Positions 13,093 to 24,200 of a DNA stretch of 64,000 bases are shown here, piece after piece. The notes under the pieces were generated by a model, which was given only the letters and a program-made list of their open reading frames with translations, did no database searches and was not told the DNA's origin. Made by a program: the position numbers and the translations under genes. Each line of letters opens with the position of its first letter. The stretch's first letter is position 1. The stretch comes from Oopsacas minuta (taxonomy: Eukaryota > Animalia > Porifera). The stretch is from assembly GCA_024704765.1 (NCBI GenBank), contig JAKMXF010000341.1, forward strand, positions 62,001-126,000. The letters are read 5' to 3'.

Positions 13093-16000
13093 TCCTGTTT
13101 CTTTATATTCTACCTCATCTGTAATACATTGTATGCTCACAAATTAAATAGACTGGTTATGCAATACTTGAGGATAATTGGGACTAAGGAAAAATACCTT
13201 TACATACTACTTCTAAACATTCTAATTAACAATTAGCACAAGTAAATAATTCGTCTTAAAAAAACATTATACAACACATATATAGGGGTAACTAGGTACG
13301 CTAATTACGAATTTGGCGTTTTAAGTTTTATATTTAAATTTTAAGGTTGAAACAATCGAACCGAATATCAGTATTCATGAATAGCAGCAACCTAACCGAA
13401 TACTGATATTAGTTTGGCAACCGAATATTTAACCAATAATTGAAATATTGAAATATAAAACGCGATTAATCTATATGTATATATATGTGGGGTGATTTTT
13501 GGCATACGGGGGTATTTTGGTTCTGGCTCTGACAATTTTGAGTCTTGGAAGAAAAATAATCACTTTTTTGGATTTTCGAAAAATGACATTATTAACCACT
13601 GCTCAGCCAATATACATGAAAGAAGTTCGAAACTTAAATCACAAGTACCCCTCAATGTAACAAATGTCCTGAGGTCATGATTTTGAACAATGCAAACTCA
13701 TCATGACTGTTCAAAAATTCAAATTTCTAAAATTTCAGAGTTTCTTAATACCGATGCACGAAGTGCCGAGATTACTAACTAAAAAGTGACATAGCATCTC
13801 CAGTGTCATTACAGAAGGCTATTAAATGTAATTTGGATGAACCATGGAAAATATAATATTAAAATTTACTAAAAGATTTAGCTGTTTAATACTTAGGCTA
13901 ACCTGAGGCACCAAGCTGTGGAAATACCGTATGAGGGTCACATATATACTGAATCAGAATTTTGCATTTCCAAGGTTTTCATGTGTAAATTTTTAGGTAA
14001 TTTGCTTAATTCGAGGTATAGTGTTCGTAAGCCAAGCAGCGCGAGCAAGCGAAGCGTGCTCGTTGACTAATTCATAAAGTAATGTAAGTATATTTTAAAA
14101 TTGGCTACAAGTCTCAATAGAAATATTCCGGTATATAAATCTGTCTGCTGGACATTATTATATGTCAGATGAACAAACGTATTGTACATTGAAGCCAGGT
14201 GGTTTAAAATTATTATAGTGCAATATCCTAAAAAGTTAAATAATTATAATTGGACTTATCTTAATCAACTCATGATTTTGTTATCGCATTTCACTTAGAA
14301 GCTAAAACAGCTAATTATTTGATAAGACGTGTAAGTTCTATCTAACTAAATAACACTGCTGCTTAAACTGTGGTAATATTACAAGTAATCTAATAATTGT
14401 TTAACAGTCTAATAGACCAAACACATGTATGGAATGCATGTCATATACGCTAGAGCTACTGTTGTACTTCCTCCTTGTGTGCACTATTTTACATTTACGT
14501 ACATATTACTCCGCACGATTTGTTCGATGTACACTGTGAAATTCTAACTCTATATGTCGTAATCAAGTTTGTAATTAAATAATGATACAGTTTATTGTTT
14601 TCTAGAATCATCCAGGAGTGTAGCTTAATCCTGACCCACAAGGACCTGACCCCTGGCATCAAATTGGACCGATGATGCATACGTAGTTACAACAACCATA
14701 GCAAATTATCCATACACATAGCTTACACAATATCTCCAAACAAACATAATTCTTGTTTACAAAAACGGCACTTGTAAATACGATCGAATAAGTACTGATT
14801 TACAGATTAGTATACTTACTAATAAATCAAAAAGTGCTCGGAAAAACATTATGTAACGCTTTCAAGGTGGTGTACTAGTTTCCAGTGCTAATTTGAAAAG
14901 TATGACTGATGGAGTCTAATTCCAGCTATGTTTCTAAAAATACGAATACAACATAATAGAATAGAACTATGGCATAATGATCACATTATCACAATTACTA
15001 ACCGAATACTTTCAAAGTATTCCATTGTAGAGAATATATTGTGGAACCCCCATAATTGCATAATAGCCCCTCTAAATATCTGACTTTTCATCAACGGTCA
15101 TGTCTCGTGACACACGCAGATTGAATTTGCTATGTCTAATAAAAGTAATAAAATAGTTAAGAACCTAAAACGTGCAACGACTGTAGTAGTACGAAGTGTC
15201 CGTTATTCGGAACCTGTATTGTAATGTGTCATGAATCTATGACCAAGAAACAATACTGAAACTAACATTCGAATGAATTGATATATAACAGGGTGTAGGA
15301 AGCAGATGAGATATGGGGGACATTGTTGGCAATTTGGCATTGTGATGCAAAGCGAGAAAGCTCAGTAATACTATATACTGGCATTATTTTTATAAAGCAG
15401 GGAGCCATGCTACATCCTTCTACAATATCCATCTGTTTTACCTTTTTGCCCTCTTAGTATATTCTACAATTATAGCATGCAATATAACCGAGTCCCACCG
15501 TTAATTTGAAAAATCAAAACTCGAGTATTTACGAAACAGTTATTGTTTCGGAACTGAAATCTCGAAAGTCCTGTCCCCCAGGGCGGATCCAGAGGGGGAG
15601 GGGGGGGGCTAAAGGGGGATGAGCTGTGAATCCCTCTTTTTGTAATATTGTGTGTAAATAGATACCAACCATTTTCTTACTTTCGAAGGCACAAAGCCAA
15701 ATTGACATTCGCAGTACACCATGGATAGCAAATGCGGAACAGTCCCAAGTATACTGACTTTACGTATGTAATTATAATAAACTCTAAATCTCTAGTTATC
15801 AACAACAAAGTGAATGACCAATAAGTAGGATGCTAATTAGCCCTCCCTTGGGTTAGAATACGTTGATTACCAAAATTCTAAATTTAAAAGAATATAACAG
15901 CTGGGATTAGCTTGATATATTCGCTTATATATCATGAATATCGAAACATGATTGTTAATAATTTGATATGTTGTGTGGAAGTAATTAAAATAATTCACAA

Positions 16001-16360
16001 ATTCAACTTGATATCTGAATCAGAATTAATTAAGAATTACTTCATGTATAGATCTGAAAATTACAAGTCAAGAGCTATAGGAAAGATGTCATTTTACAAT
16101 GCTAATTAGGTGACGAAACAGAATATCAGGTTCTTACCTGGCTTACAGGGAATAGACTCAGGAATTAGGGGGTAGATAGGGTACAGGGTAAGGGTATTAT
16201 CACAGCGTCGCGGAGAGCCATCTATTTATGACACCTCCTAGCCTTCTGATGTCAGCTGAGGGATAGCTATTAGTAATTAAATTCGGTGATAATATTTTCT
16301 AATTGAACAATTATAATTGGTAACTATAACAACAAGCGCGTATTATGGAATGTCACATAA

Positions 16361-17722
16361 TTAATACGTACTAATATGTTTACTGCCTCCTCTACCCTTC
16401 TTCTGATTCTCTTCATATTTCTGTCTAACTTTCTGGTGTAGCACAGAGCTCCGAAGCTTGAGGTCTTGTGTCTTATCCAGCATCTGTTGGTGTATTGGAG
16501 GTGGATCCTTCTTGATTATTACATGTGCTTCTTTAGCGTTAATTTTCGCGATAAGATTCTTCTCTTGAATATACTTGACAATCCATTGCTCTGCTTGTGC
16601 CTCGCTCACATGCATACACTCAGCTAGCATTTTAAGAGATATACACTGGTATATGGTGATAAAGTTCTGTAGCACAGCGCGTTTAGCAGCCTCAATGAAC
16701 ATCTGATAACAGCCTGTAAGGAAGAAGTCATTCTGTACAACATCAAAGCAGATACCTAGCTTCTTGCTAGCACGGGGAAAGTCAAAGTCTTTATACAGAG
16801 CTAAGAGGAACTCTACGATAGGATCTTCAGTAACAACTCTGTTATCAGTGATGAACTGGAGGAGACGCTTCACCATGTCACCTCTCGTGCTGAGGAGAGC
16901 AGCTACTGCGAAATAGCGGAACAGGTAAGGACAATGGTTCTGTATAGTACTTAAGAGAACACGGTCCTCTCGTAATTCTTGTTCTGACCCCGCTATGATC
17001 TGGGCCAGACGGTCCAGACCATCCTCATGATGGAAAAACACGAATAAGCTCCAATGTACCCACCAGCAGCGTTTGATTTGTTTATCTGCCTGAGTCTCAG
17101 ATCCCCTGTCAATACTCTCTCTCAGCTGATCGAGATTATTCAATGCATCATCAAACTTCTGCAGGAGAATCTCACAAGCTAATCTTCCCCAATTAGCACT
17201 GTTAACTTCTTCCTGATTATATTGAGAGTTAGCTAGTGTGAAGAACCAAGTGAGAGTATCCAGAGCTGATTCATAGTCCCCACACTCATAATTAAGCTTA
17301 GCGAATTGATAGAGATCAGCTACCATACTACTAGCAGTCATACCCTCTCTCTCACAGAGCTGGTGGAATAGTTCATCAGAATCCTGACCAGTCTCCGTCT
17401 TCTTAGCTTCTGTACGGGAATATATCATTAATATTATGTCTTTCTTCTGATCAGCAGCTTTGTATTCCTCCCTAACTCTATTCTGAGATTCTTTTAGATC
17501 TAATGGAATTTCAGTGCCTTCTAACTCCTGGTGAATTTGTATGACGTAATCCACCATCTTGCTCTGAGAGAGAATGCGTAGTTTTGTCCTGTTGATTACA
17601 TCTGGTGAGTAGAGGGACTTCTTGGATAAGAACTCCATTATTGGGAGTGTCATATGAGCATCAAAGTATTTACATATTTTAGGTGTCAGATCGTATTCAG
17701 ATAGATCTGTATCTGTAGCCAT
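16361..17722 (-). CDS. EIF3E: Eukaryotic translation initiation factor 3 subunit E (Int6), intronless, 453 aa
   Basis: EYDLTPKICKYFDAH..P..EFL, YQFAK..YECGDY, WGRLACEIL, WWVHWSLFVFF and C-terminal PCI domain (IYQCIS..MLA....EAEQWIV..I). Confidence 0.95.
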   Translation of the reverse strand: MATDTDLSEYDLTPKICKYFDAHMTLPIMEFLSKKSLYSPDVINRTKLRILSQSKMVDYVIQIHQELEGTEIPLDLKESQNRVREEYKAADQKKDIILMIYSRTEAKKTETGQDSDELFHQLCEREGMTASSMVADLYQFAKLNYECGDYESALDTLTWFFTLANSQYNQEEVNSANWGRLACEILLQKFDDALNNLDQLRESIDRGSETQADKQIKRCWWVHWSLFVFFHHEDGLDRLAQIIAGSEQELREDRVLLSTIQNHCPYLFRYFAVAALLSTRGDMVKRLLQFITDNRVVTEDPIVEFLLALYKDFDFPRASKKLGICFDVVQNDFFLTGCYQMFIEAAKRAVLQNFITIYQCISLKMLAECMHVSEAQAEQWIVKYIQEKNLIAKINAKEAHVIIKKDPPPIHQQMLDKTQDLKLRSSVLHQKVRQKYEENQKKGRGGSKHISTY

Positions 17723-17820
17723 AAGGATGCTTCAGCTATCCTCCTTGGTATCTAGTATGTTGTACAATTCTTAGATTAAAGCCTATAATATACAGTGGAA
17801 TATGCACAATCCGAACCTGG

Positions 17821-18070
17821 CAGGGCCGTAACAAACACAATTGAATTGGTCAGCGACAGTGACCTATACTATTCTGGTGTACCCCATCGCACTGTACTAA
17901 CCAACCGGATCGCCTCTTAGTCTCCTATGGCCTTGCCTGGTATTTTCAACCTGATTTAATGGCATGGCTGTAGGTGACGGCCCGTGGTTTCAACCGAGCC
18001 AACATTTGTTAGCTCCATATATTTTGTATAGGTAAACCTGATCAATTGAAATCTGTTTGCTACGGCCCTG
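17821..18070. mobile_element. 250-bp hAT-like MITE
   Basis: 33-bp TIRs CAGGGCCGTAACAAACACAATTGAATTGGTCAG / CAGGGCCGTAGCAAACAGATTTCAATTGATCAG (28/33). No intact 8-bp TSD. Confidence 0.75.
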
Positions 18071-18270
18071 AATGGATATATGTTACGTTAATAGGAATAC
18101 TTGGAGCTATCTAGCTCCTAATATCATCAGACATAATGTTAAGGACCCTATCACATAACCTGAACAAGAGAATGCAGTTAGTAATATGGTTATACGTGTT
18201 CAGGATAAGTATTAGAGTGATACACCACCAGTGACAATAGTGATTTATCGGTATTAACCGTAGAGAGAGG

Positions 18271-18609
18271 CTAGACAGGACTCTTATCAGTAGCAGTATT
18301 GAGAGAATTGTTACGATACATTCCCGCATTCATCAAGTGTTCAGAGAATTTGTTAGATTTCCCATGGTAGGTGAGAGGGAGCATCTCATCGTTTGGCTGA
18401 GTTAACCCGTAAGTAGTTGAAGTTGTCTGATAGAATGGGTTCGGTTTAGCGGAGGTTGTAGGGAGTGTAACTTGTACCTCTGAAGGGGCAGGGGAGTCTG
18501 TTTGAGCTGTCGAACATGTGAAAACAGGATTACCTGAGTTGATACACTTGGGATTTAAATCTCCCTCTCTAACGCTAGCTTCTGGCTCTTTACACTCTTG
18601 ATCACTCAT
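18271..18609 (-). CDS. PIERCE2: PIERCE family (DUF4490) ciliary microtubule inner protein, PIERCE2/C15orf65-like, 112 aa
   Basis: CINSGNPVFTC resembles PIERCE2 CVNPGNPVFSC. YQTTSTTYG...P...P..Y..KSNKFSEHL..AGMYRNNSLNT is the DUF4490 core. Confidence 0.8.
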   Translation of the reverse strand: MSDQECKEPEASVREGDLNPKCINSGNPVFTCSTAQTDSPAPSEVQVTLPTTSAKPNPFYQTTSTTYGLTQPNDEMLPLTYHGKSNKFSEHLMNAGMYRNNSLNTATDKSPV

Positions 18610-19859
18610 TGAATCTGCTAATCAAGCAATAGAAATGACAAACGTAAAGATATGTTCAAAACTCGTACAATTTCATCGTGTCGTGTGAGTGTCACGACTT
18701 ATGTTGGACTTACATTGGGCGTCCCTATTTCACGGAATGGAATACGAATGGAGAAGTTTTATCTGAGGAAAGTACAAATTTGTCGATTGACACATATTCG
18801 ATCTTGAAATTACAGATTAACAAAGTTGTCAACTTTTGTAATAATTAATCCGTCAGATATGTCTAAGATCAGTTGAAATTAGCCAGTTTTTGTAATGAAA
18901 TGAATGCCTAATAGGATATCTACCCACCTTAACTATGTAATTACTATACTCGTTTGGCTTGGAAAATTTCGATTGGGGGGATTAACTCTGTAGGTACATT
19001 ACCTCATTGAGTCATTGTGCATTTAAGTTAAGGTTGGTATGTGTGTTGGAGAAGGAGATTTCAATATAACATTAAAAATACATTTTTGACTGTCGAGAAC
19101 CATGAAGTGCTTTAGTATAATATATTGCAGAAGTTTGTTTCCTGTTGTGCAGAGTAATTAAGTCAATGCATATATTATCATACAGCACTTAGTGATACAT
19201 CAACACATTTGATTGAATACGTACAATATATACATTTCAAAAGAGAAATAGTGGAAACTGGTTAGGCCGTTAGGTCGATAATATAGTTTGATATTTATGT
19301 ATTGTAGATCAAGAAACAAAAGGGGTTGATTTGTCACTATGTATAATTGTGTATTCAAAGAAATAGCATTAACATACTATGGTTTGCATTATAATGTATT
19401 TGACTGAATTACTCTGCATAACAGGAAACTAAGTTCTACAATATTATATTGGGAGGCTGGAATTAGACCAACACCGAGGTAGGAAATAATTAGACCAACG
19501 CATTTTAACAATTACTGAACAATCGTAGATGTAAATTGAAAACAGTGGACCCATACTAAAATCTAATTAACAAAGGTGATTACTTTGTGTTATTTCTCAT
19601 AGACCTTTCCATAGCATTACATAGCCTTTCATAAAACTTGTAATCCGTTATTACAGTTAACCATCCAAAACATATCGAAGTTTTTATCTGATTAGAATAA
19701 GGTCATGCTTGATTTTGAATTGGAATACCAAAGATTAGAGCAAGGCTTTGGGAAATCAAGAAAAGAAATGAGACAAACATTTTGAATATTGTAAAGATGC
19801 TAAAACATTAATTTTAGCATTTAGATGAATCAAACAGTGACTATACTTTCCCCAATATT

Positions 19860-20005
19860 TATATAATTTGTTGTCAAGGGAGCATTTGCCCTCATTCCTT
19901 GTGGTCACGCATATATCTATGTCAAGATTGTGGCCAGCATTGTATTGAGGAGAACATGCGCTGTCCTATATGTAGAACAGATATAAACGACTTGATACAA
20001 ATATT
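19860..20005 (+). pseudogene. Frameshifted RING-HC (IAP/Mdm2-type) fragment, probably a transposon-borne remnant
   Basis: Pieces (Y)IICC, FALIPCGHA and LCQDC...CPICRTDINDLIQIF lie in different frames. Confidence 0.55.
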
Positions 20006-20544
20006 TCAATCAGTCTCAAACTCATTTATTGATCACTTATTAAATAATGCACATCTTCGAATATTAAATTCCTAAACATCCATACGCATCTTACATAATT
20101 ATTATAATTCTCTCTGAGATAAACATTCTATAATTTCTTACAAAATTATTCGCTAGTGACTAGCGACAAATACTGAGAGTACTTTTCGAATCAATCGTTC
20201 CTAAAATTGCGGCGAATTGTCACACGCTGATTGAAATGTTATTACTCATAGCATTTGCAGAGATGCCAACTCTCAAGGTTTTCGCGGCTCTAACTATTAA
20301 ATCTCACTCATTTTCAGAAGAAATCTCACGGCTTGGTGAGACATCTGGTTGGCATCTATGCATTTGTGTTAATGTGGATAGTTCAATCACATTACAAGGA
20401 AACTTATATATTACGAGCATTGGGCTCGCCGCTTCGCGATGAACTCAGCGCATTGCGCCTCGAGGTATTCAACGACCAAATAAACAGACACAACAATTGA
20501 GATTTGATAATATTGATGTTGTTTCAATATTCAGACTCAGCATA

Positions 20545-20830
20545 CTCGATTACCCCAGGATAGTCGTTGAAAGTATGATTCTATCTCAATTTTTAAATTT
20601 GTTTACTTCATATTCATAAAAACAACAATAAATTTACATATAATTAATCCAAAAGTGTGAAAATCGGATTCAGTATGTTCGATATATTTAGTGAAGTTTT
20701 ATTAAATTCTATTTATTTCCTTGATAAACACGATAAATACATAGTTATGCGACACAATTTCAAATTGCATACCTTAAATCTTTCCTTGACAACGGACAAA
20801 CAAACAACAATTGTGATTTAATGATATAGA
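20545..20830 (-). repeat. Dispersed repeat family copy (inverted relative to 60140-60445)
   Basis: The reverse complement matches 60140-60380 closely, with about 5 differences over an 82-nt core compared by eye. Confidence 0.85.
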
Positions 20831-21280
20831 CTGGGCGGTCTGTATTTATGAATTTCATCGATTTTACATTTGATTTTGACATCAGTATTACTTATTGATT
20901 ACGGATTGGATATAGATTATGATTTGGATCCATCCGGCCCATCTGCTTAAAATTATTTCTTTACTTGAATTAATTTTCATTGAGTGATTTGGCGGATAGG
21001 CGACGTCATCAACAGATCAAGGGAATACGATTTCAATATGCTTACCGATTCACAATAGGATGCTATATAATATAGCTTCCTCATTTTTGCCCCATTGCAT
21101 GAGCTAACATAATTAATTGTCAAGTCTCAGGTATCCAAGTGAGACACACGTATTTGAACACAATCTAACTTCATTTTTACTTTTCATGTTAGCGAGAGAT
21201 AAGTTTAAGAGCAGAGTACTAATAATTTAACAAATATATTTCATAGCAATTCTCATGAACAAGATAAATCATTCACAATT

Positions 21281-24200
21281 CTAGAGTGGTGTAGATTGCT
21301 CTAAAGGTGATTCAATGGTATTACAATATACTTCATCTCCAGTAAATCTCTCCAGTTGTATCTCACGTAGTTCTTCTATTGATATCTCCAGACTAACTAT
21401 CCTGTAACAAGTAAAAACATTAATTAATATTTTCTTGTTCAAAGCTCCGGACGAATACTAATCGAATTTACAACCGAAAACAATATATACGAAAGAGGAA
21501 ATACCTTATTCCCTTATTCCCCTGAAATCGTTACGCTGGTATAAAATAAAATTTAAAAATTATTACATATTATCATAAGAGGCTGAGTAAACACAAATAT
21601 AGCCACAACCTATTACACTCCCATAGCTGGTCATCTTACTGTTTTTACGTTATTGCAAATATAAACAAGTAGCGATAATAATTTCTATGAAAAATATAAT
21701 TTTCCTATCTTAATATTGAGATTTAACATAATTTACAAAATATTTCAAAAATTTCCCAATGCAATTTTTGGTTACAAAGCATTTGGCTGGCCACGTGGTG
21801 TATGAGTAAATTAGCTAACTCTAGGATTAGCATAAATTACTGTATGTTATGCTAATCGTAGAATTTAGCTAATAGCTGATACCACAAATAATGTCAAGAA
21901 TTTTCCCTCTTGAGAATACCCAAAATAAGAAGGATAATGGTAACTAACCGTTTAGGCTTAGACTGTCTGAACTTGGCAAAGAATAGAATGAACAATACTG
22001 CTATCAGAATGAGTATTAAAACGCATGAAATTGTTATGGCAGCAATTATCCACGTGTTCTGAGGATCTGTATGAGGGTACATATAACACGGCCATTCAGG
22101 CTGACAGATACACTCAAACTCTCCATTGTCTTTAGCGATACAACTCGTATTGAATGGACAGGGCTGTGAGTAACATACGTGGGGAATATCACACCTCCTC
22201 ATTGACCAAGCTTCCGTGCATTCACAGCTGTACTCTACCGTAAAGTCTTCTGGTCGGATTATTTTGCTGCAGTTTGGATCACTCTCCGGTCCCTAAAATG
22301 TAAGAACATCAAATAACTAAATATCAAAAATCGTCTGATCATAATTTATCTACAAAACCCTCACTTTACATATACCACCGTTAAGACAGGGTCTGTCGCA
22401 AATTGAGAGTGACACAAATAATAGCCCTGAATATGCTCCATTATTGTCTTCAGCCACAACGCCAATTTCATCAGATCCGTAATAACCTTTTGTAGGAGAA
22501 TATTCTACTATAGATTTGCTGCTAGTATTGCGGTATTCTGTAGGAACTTTATTGCCATTGGAAGGAGTCTGTTCTCTCGTTATCATATCACAGTAAGAAC
22601 AATTTTTATATCTAAATGTAGTATTCGTAATAATATTGTCATACTACACGATGTAACACAGTCGCATTGTAAACAAGCTTCATTCATGTAAATTAACTAT
22701 ACAGCAGTGTATCCAATGCGTTTCTTCAAATTACGTACATTGAAACTCGGAGCTACGAAAAAATGCTCCTATAACTCACTTAAATATTAATTCATCTCCT
22801 TTATCCTTGTCATAACTATAGAATGTGAAATTGTGTTGAGTTGTAGAGCCAATTTCATCAATATACACAGTGTATTGCTTAATTCGAGTATTAAATTCCT
22901 CTACTAGTATAGGATTGTGATTCTTTAGTAATATATACACGGTAACTTGACTTGTTGCTGATAGAGGGATGCCAAGGGCTGCAGGGGTACCTAGTTTAAG
23001 ATATGGAAAACAATCAATTACTTGGACTGACTTACTAATAGGTTCATACCATTTGATTACAACACTACAAATTTCCCCCGATCCGCCATTCCACAGCTTA
23101 AACATCGCTATGAGTTAATACCTATGTGTAGCCTGTGTATCACAATATCAACAATTATATTTGTCAATAGAGGAAGGGTTTGGATAATCAAGACTTTTAC
23201 AAAGAAGCAGATTCTTACAACTCACCTGTCTCTATTAAAGTTAAGTTGATGGTGATATTCCCAGATATCCCCGTGGGAGGAGTTACACACAATACACTGT
23301 CATTAATCTCAACACTATATACAGGAACAGCAACAGGATACTCTGAAGCAGATTGTGTGAATACAACAGAAGTGATAGTGTATCTTACTGTGTCATCTTC
23401 TCTATCAGTGTATGTGAGGAGATGTTGTATTGTGCCAGTGTCCTCACTAATACTGATACAGGGGACTGTATCAGGTATGGGAGCTGTGTCTACAAAGCCT
23501 TTCCTCGCTATTATCAAGATAAACTGCCATGGCTCATTACAACGCTAAATAACAGAAACAAAGTATAATTGCTCATAACTGGCATTATGGGAATTCACAT
23601 AAATATCCTGGTTCTCAATATTGGGGAATAAAAAATTAAAATGGGGCCAGCCCCTATATTCCATTTCAGGGGCGTAGACAACATTTTTAGTTTGGGGGGG
23701 CTAACCCTCTGAGGTGTCACTATGGGATTTGACCAAAGTATAAATCAGTGGCATCAATTTGAATTAATATGAACCGATGCTATAATCATATTTTCGCAGC
23801 TTTGTTTTACCATAGTGATGGTTTTACTTTCTAGGTTTCATTCAAAATGAGAATACTTTTTAGTGCTATAGTTAGATTTGAATAATTTTGAGGTTCATAA
23901 ATTTCTGGCATACTATTTCTACGAATCTATCGAATATTGTTATATATTTAACACATCTCTGGTTTTTATTACTGGGCTTCATTCCACTTTGTATTTATAT
24001 GTGTTTGTGATTAAATATTTAAAATTGTTAGCATTCATAATACGTTTAGATATGGCCCTAGCTCGATGGCTCGTTCAAAAAGCTCAGTCAGGATCAGGAG
24101 AGACTGATAAAGATTCAAGTTTGTTTCCAGATAATGAACAAATGCAATTGTTGAGAACAGAAGGTGAATCCTCTAACGAAATTCAGTTAACACATCGAAC

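Noticed and set aside
15579-15860. CAGGGCGGATCCAG hAT-like left end
   Set aside because: No recognisable matching right TIR or TSD, so boundaries cannot be supported.
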